Source: an uncultured Acidobacteriaceae bacterium (GTDB lineage Bacteria; Acidobacteriota; Terriglobia; Terriglobales; Acidobacteriaceae). Taken from it: 64,000 nt of DNA. The translations under genes and the position numbers were made by a program. Shown here in pieces: positions 59,369-64,000 of the stretch (its first letter is position 1; each line of letters opens with the position of its first letter). Where the stretch lies: contig CAVWLY010000027.1 of assembly GCA_963755865.1 (NCBI GenBank), forward strand, positions 16,649 through 80,648, in the 5' to 3' direction. The notes beneath the pieces are model-generated. The model saw only the letters and a list, made by a program, of their open reading frames with translations. It was not told the DNA's origin and ran no database searches.

Positions 59369-60550
59369 GGCAGCGTCTGCACCTCGACTGAAAGCACAGC
59401 CGGAAGATCGCGCACAATGGGCGCCCAGCTATCTCCGGCGTCAGACGACGCGTACACCTGACCGCCGGTGGTGCCGAAATACACGCCACAGGAATCGAGC
59501 GAGTCCACCGCCATGGCGTCGCGCAACACGTTTACGTAGCAGTTGCTCTGCGGCAGACCTTTGGTGAGCGCCTCCCACTCGTTTCCGCCGGTGCGGCTGC
59601 GATACACGCGCAGCTTTCCTTCGGGAGGGAAAGTGCTCGCCGTCGCTCTTGATGGGGACGACATAGATCGTCTCCGGCTCGTGGGCATGCACGTCGATGA
59701 CGAAACCGAAGTCGGTAGGCAAGTTGCCACTGACCTCGTGCCATGAATCGCCGGCGTTGTCGCTGCGCATGACATCCCAATGCTTCTGCATGAACAGCAC
59801 GCCCGGGCGCGAAGGATGCATCGCGACGTGATGCACGCAATGGCCAATCTCAGCTGTCGGATCGGGAATGTATTGCGAACGCAGTCCTTGATTGATCGGC
59901 TTCCACGTCTTGCCGCCGTCGTCGGTGCGGAAGGCGCCCGCCGCCGAGATGGCGATGTAAATCCGGCGGGGATCGCTGGGGTCGAGAATGACGGTGTGCA
60001 GGCACATTCCACCCGCGCCCGGCTGCCACTTCGGCCCGGTGCCGTGGCCGCGCAATCCGGGAAGTTCCTGCCAACTCTTCCCGCCGTCGGTCGAGCGGAA
60101 CAGGGCGGCGTCTTCAACACCCGCGTACACCATGTCCGGATCGGTGAGCGACGGCTCCAGATGCCACACCCGCTTGAACTCCCAGGGATGCTGCGTGCCG
60201 TCATACCACTGATGCGTGGTCAAGGGTTTGCCGGTTTCCGGAGAACTGTCGTAAACGAATTTATTGCTCGCGCCTCCCTGCATGGCCTCGGGGCCGGGCT
60301 TTATTTCGCCCCCGGGCGCCTCCCAGGTTTTACCGCCATCATTGGACCGCTGAATGACCTGGCCAAACCATCCGCTGGTCTGCGACGCATAAATGCGATT
60401 CGGATCGACCGGCGATCCTTTGATGTGGTACATCTCCCATCCCGCAAAATGGGGGCCGCTGACGTCCCACCGTTCGCGCTTGCCATCGGACTCCAGAACG
60501 AATGCGCCCTTGCGCGTGCCAACCAGAACTCTTACTTTACTCATCCTCAA
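59365..60550 (-). CDS. BNR/Asp-box repeat beta-propeller protein, with one apparent frameshift near 59625
   Basis: Five SxDxGxxW boxes ([40 protein letters not shown]). The tail [25 protein letters not shown]... is in the 59365 frame. Confidence 0.75.
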
Positions 60551-60861
60551 TCCTTTCTACCCGCGCTGCGGGTGGTGCCATTGTATTGACGATGGGACCG
60601 GCTAAAGATCGACATGCCAGAGGAAAAAATTATGCCGCCGGCCTCTCCCTTAGATCTGCAGATAACTGCTTGATGTCCATTGCAAAATGTGAATTATAGT
60701 GCGATAGGTGGCATCGACTTTGCAAGGGGCCGTTGCGAAACACGCTTTCAGTAGCTCCGCGGAGTCTGTGCGAGTGTTATGGCACTTGGGTTCTTCGGTC
60801 ATCACCGTTAGAATCGATGGTTGGCATTTATGCCGCCGTTGGCGGACAAGAGGAGTTCTTG

Positions 60862-61134
60862 ATGGCACACATGGTGAAGTGCGTAAAGATGGGCCGCGAA
60901 ATGGAAGGTCTGGACGAACCGCCCTTCGATGGCGAACTCGGACAGCGCATCTACGATAACGTTTCCAAGCTGGCGTGGGAGCAGTGGCAGGAACACATGA
61001 AGATGCTGCTCAACGAATACCGCCTGCAACCCTGGAAGAAAGAACACCAGGAATTCATCGTGCAGCAGATGGATGCCTATTTCTTTGGTGAAGGTGCAGA
61101 GAAGCCGAAAGAGTACGTGCCGCCGACACAGTAG
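60862..61134 (+). CDS. yggX: Fe(2+)-trafficking / oxidative damage protection protein YggX
   Basis: AGGAG RBS. MAHMVKCVKMGREMEGLDEPPFDGELGQRIYDNVSKLAWEQWQEHMKMLLNEYRL matches the YggX pattern. Confidence 0.9.
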   Translation: MAHMVKCVKMGREMEGLDEPPFDGELGQRIYDNVSKLAWEQWQEHMKMLLNEYRLQPWKKEHQEFIVQQMDAYFFGEGAEKPKEYVPPTQ

Positions 61135-61230
61135 TCAGTTGAAGCAGTTGTCAGTTGTCGGTTGTGAGTTCTCGACGCGCACGCCACGGCTGCTAACAAC
61201 CGATTACTAGCTACGGGCAACTGACAGCTG
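61135..61230. repeat. Heptamer-periodic imperfect hairpin between convergent genes
   Basis: TCAGTTG AAGCAGTTG TCAGTTG TCGGTTG TGAGTTC ... CTAACAACCGAT ... CAACTGACAGCTG. The outer stem pairs 12/13 and the inner stem 10/12. Confidence 0.6.
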
Positions 61231-61231
61231 T

Positions 61232-62160
61232 TCACACCTGCGGCGCGTAAACCGCCCATCCTCGCGGAGCGGCCCCAGAATCAGCTTGACCGTCGGCCGA
61301 GGTTGTCTTCGCATCGGGACGGCCGTTGTCGTATCCTCCGTATGCTATCGGCACTAACTGCACGTTTGACCACTTGGTTTGCACCAGCGCGCCATTCCAG
61401 GCATTGCCCAGATTGTTGAGCACGTAGACCAACCCCGGCGCGCCGCTCGCGCCGGTGCGCTGCGTCACGTAAAGGGTGTCATTGGCATATAGGGCTTGCG
61501 TCGTGCCACCGGCATTCTGCTCATAGGCGGCCACCAGTGCGGCAATTCCATTCGGTACCCACCTTCGCGAGGGCCCAAGTTGTACCAGTCCATCCAGAAA
61601 GCGCTGGGATAGCCTTCGTTGGTCAGAATGAAGCTGTAAGCAAGCAGCTTGTCGTTGTTGATGGCGTTGCCGGGATCGCGAATGGTGTCATGGTTGTCAA
61701 CGAAGGTCACCGCTTGCGACGGCGTGTCCTGCACAACGGTTCCAGGAGTGGCGAGCGTGCTAAGACTGAAACCATGCGTGTCGCAGAGGTCCTTGAGGCG
61801 GTAATGCTGCGGGAAATCGAACGCCGAAACAGGGTTGTCGGTGTAGCTGTTGACCTCGCCGAGCCAGTCGTCAACCGTGCGTTCGTCATCCCAGCATTCG
61901 CCTACGCAGAAGGTATAGAAGTTGTCCACCGATTTCTTCAGGTGGCGCAGTTCGGCGATCGACTGAACCATCCATGGCACGTGGCCTTTGACGAAATCAA
62001 AACGAAAACCGTCGAAGTTGATGGTCTCTACCATCCACTGCGCTAGCTCGACGAGCACCTGATAAACCAGGGGATTGCGGTGACAGAGGCGACCCAAAGG
62101 GCGGGGCCGCCGTCGCCAAGGATGACAGCGGGGAAAAAGGCGAAGGGCACCATTGGCCAT
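61232..62160 (-). pseudogene. GH13 alpha-amylase family gene, 5'-truncated and frameshifted
   Basis: INFDGFRFDFVKGH (region II), FDFPQHY, VTFVDNHDT (region IV) and LAYSFILTNEGYPSAFW are present. The C-terminal beta domain is in another frame (61232-61534). There is no room for the N-terminal half, including region I, before parA. Confidence 0.65.
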
Positions 62161-62310
62161 CCCTTCAGCATATATCCTACGATGTGGTATATATCACAAT
62201 GTAGGATAAAAGCAGATCCCTCGCTTTGCTCGTAAAGACAATAACCAGTGGTCAGGTGCCCGTGATCACACATCTCCCGTTGCGTGGAACTAGTTGCCAG
62301 ATGCGCGGAG

Positions 62311-63120
62311 CTAACTGCCAGCTTGGTGCGCAGTCTCCGGTGATGGCGCCTTCGAATTGGAGACGCGCGCGATGATCTCTTCCGCCAAGTTGAGATAGGC
62401 CTCGGTGCCGCGGGCGTGAGGATCGTACAGCAATGCGGGCTGGCCGTGGCTGGGCGCTTCGGCGAGTCGAATGTTGCGCGGGATGGCGGTCTCGCACATG
62501 AGATCGCCGAAGAAACCGCGCAGCTCAGAGGCGACGGACTGCGCCAGGTTGGTGCGCTCATCGAACATGGTGAGGACTACACCTTCGACCGCGAGGCCGG
62601 GGTTGAGCTCGATGCGGATACGGTCGATGGTGTCGAGCAATTCGGTGACTCCCTCGAGGGCGAAGTACTCGGCTTGCATCGGGATGAGAACGGTGTCGGC
62701 GGCAACCAGCGCGTTGAGAGTGAGCAGGTCGAGCGCGGGCGGGCAGTCGATCACGATGAATTGGAACTGGTCGCGCACTGGCTGCAGCGCGTGACGCAGG
62801 CGGTATTCGCGCTCGTCGAGCGGAACCAGCTCGATGTTGGCACCGAGCAGATTTTTGTGCGCCGGGATCACGCTGAGGTTGTCGACTGCGGCGGCCTTTG
62901 CGGCGGCTTCGGCGGAAGCCTCTCCCATGATGACCTGGTAGGTGCTGGTGCGGTCGGGGTCGCGGAGGAATCCGAGGCCGCTGGAGGCGTTGGACTGGGG
63001 GTCGCAATCGACCAGCAGCGTGCGGGCGCCGTGATGGGCGAACGAGGCCGCCAGGTTGATGGCGGTGGTGGTCTTGCCGACTCCGCCCTTTTGGTTGGTG
63101 ACTGCGATGACGCGTGCCAT
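62311..63120 (-). CDS. soj: Chromosome partitioning ATPase ParA/Soj
   Basis: MARVIAVTNQKGGVGKTTTAINLA (deviant Walker A), LLVDCDPQSNAS and IDCPPAL. Confidence 0.93.
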   Translation of the reverse strand: MARVIAVTNQKGGVGKTTTAINLAASFAHHGARTLLVDCDPQSNASSGLGFLRDPDRTSTYQVIMGEASAEAAAKAAAVDNLSVIPAHKNLLGANIELVPLDEREYRLRHALQPVRDQFQFIVIDCPPALDLLTLNALVAADTVLIPMQAEYFALEGVTELLDTIDRIRIELNPGLAVEGVVLTMFDERTNLAQSVASELRGFFGDLMCETAIPRNIRLAEAPSHGQPALLYDPHARGTEAYLNLAEEIIARVSNSKAPSPETAHQAGS

Positions 63121-63314
63121 AGCCCTGCCAAAGATGGTGAAGCTAAGAGCTTAGAACGCTGAGGCGGCGGTCGGCAATGACGAGAACGCGACCGGGGAAA
63201 GTTTCTGGAGGAAAAGCTGTGCAAGACTCGGAAGGGAGAACGGAAGATGCTGATTAGGCGGAGGTAGGCAGGGAGTGGAGGTTGTGGGTAAGTGGGCGAG
63301 GCGCAGGCGGACAA

Positions 63315-63330
63315 TGTTCCACGTGGAACA
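63315..63330. other. parS: parS centromere-like site
   Basis: TGTTCCACGTGGAACA, a perfect palindrome (20 nt with flanks, 63313-63332). It differs at one position from the B. subtilis parS TGTTCCACGTGAAACA. Confidence 0.85.
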
Positions 63331-63531
63331 TTTTTTCGGTCGGATTGGTGATTTTCGTCGCCGGTGGCAGAAGGGCGATATGCGCCGGTCAGGAGTCGGC
63401 GGATTTCAAAAAGTTCGGGACGCCCCTGAGATCTGATGTCGAGCGGGAGCCCGTCACTCGAACCGGGCCGTGAGTTTTGAGCGCGCGTGAGAGACCGTAG
63501 CGACGACAATGACTCCCGCGCACAGGCAAAA

Positions 63532-63547
63532 TGTTCCACGTGGAACA
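63532..63547. other. parS: parS centromere-like site
   Basis: TGTTCCACGTGGAACA inside a 24-nt perfect palindrome (63527-63552), 217 bp from the first site. Confidence 0.85.
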
Positions 63548-64000
63548 TTTTTTGGGTCGCCACATCCGGGTCGGGTGTCCAGCGATTTTCCGGTGTGGCT
63601 TGCTCGGGTGTTGCCGAGGGAGATGGCGGGCTTCCGCCCGGGCTCGGCGGGAATCGTACCCTAGGCGCCGAGAATCGGGTCAGCGGTGCTTTCGCCGGCA
63701 CACAAGGTGCCGCTGAAAGGCGTTCTTCGGGAAGGAATCAGCAGATTCATCGGGACTGTCGAGGCTGTGCTCCAAACACGCGTTTCCTCTTTGGACTCGC
63801 CATGATTTACCACTTTGCCGATGTCACGGGGCTGATACAAAGTCATTTCTCGCCTGCTGAGTTCGTTTTTGTGCTGTTTGTTCCACCTGACTGTCTGGCC
63901 GATCGGTAAGTGTATCTTGGACTGACAAGCAAAACGGTCACAACGGCGTACTGGCCTACGCGGTTTTCCAGGCACGGCTAACCGTGTTTCTCAGCCGCTC

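Noticed and set aside
62868-63701. 277-aa minus-strand ORF spanning the parA 5' end and the parS region. Also the plus-strand ORF 63531-63716 starting MFHVEHF.
   Set aside because: The translation is Pro/Ser/Arg-rich low complexity in an alternative frame of parA. MFHVEHF is simply the translation of the parS palindrome ATGTTCCACGTGGAACAT.
63661-63975. 104-aa minus-strand ORF at the right edge, and the purine-rich stretch 63121-63310. I considered a truncated parB or another partition gene.
   Set aside because: There is no ParB motif (no GERR or HTH pattern), all three minus frames hit stops near 63975-64000 so nothing enters from outside the window, and no family is recognisable. I left it uncalled.

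Overview
GC-rich bacterial chromosomal window. PEP-CTERM proteins and many REP-like repeats suggest an Acidobacteria-like soil organism, but that is an inference. I recognised no rRNA, tRNA or CRISPR.

Gene content:
- Housekeeping: a co-directional minus-strand block of radical-SAM/SPASM, tgt, yajC, secD and secF at the left edge; mnmG; rplU-rpmA-obg; hemL; rsmG; add; hsp20-clpB; der; a DinG-family helicase; queD-queE-queC; kbl; yggX; and soj/parA with two perfect parS sites. This content suggests an origin-proximal region.
- Accessory: three PEP-CTERM genes (two in a tandem duplication), three or four toxin-antitoxin pairs, a short serine recombinase islet, a broken REP-associated Y1 transposase and a DDE transposase relic.

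Main observations:
1. A GxxExxY nuclease-like gene sits in a 515-bp cassette with 29-bp terminal inverted repeats, inserted between secD and secF. Gene-less copies of the same arms occur at 32.45-32.74 kb.
2. REP-like hairpins and heptamer-periodic tracts are inserted in frame inside conserved genes (mnmG, tgt, der). They also supply the last codons of several other genes.
3. At least about 20 single-base frameshifts interrupt otherwise intact conserved genes, including obg, hemL and clpB. They are clustered (rsmG, CPBP protease, MFS), which points mostly to assembly indel error but needs checking.
4. soj/parA has no parB downstream. It abuts a degraded, 5'-truncated GH13 gene.
5. Uncharacterised gene pairs: a radical SAM/SPASM gene with a 111-aa partner in the slot usually held by queA; a PIN toxin with a 162-aa two-domain antitoxin; and a BNR propeller gene translationally coupled to a GG-terminal MoaD/ThiS-like protein.

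All calls come from reading the sequence and the ORF translations. No database search was run.
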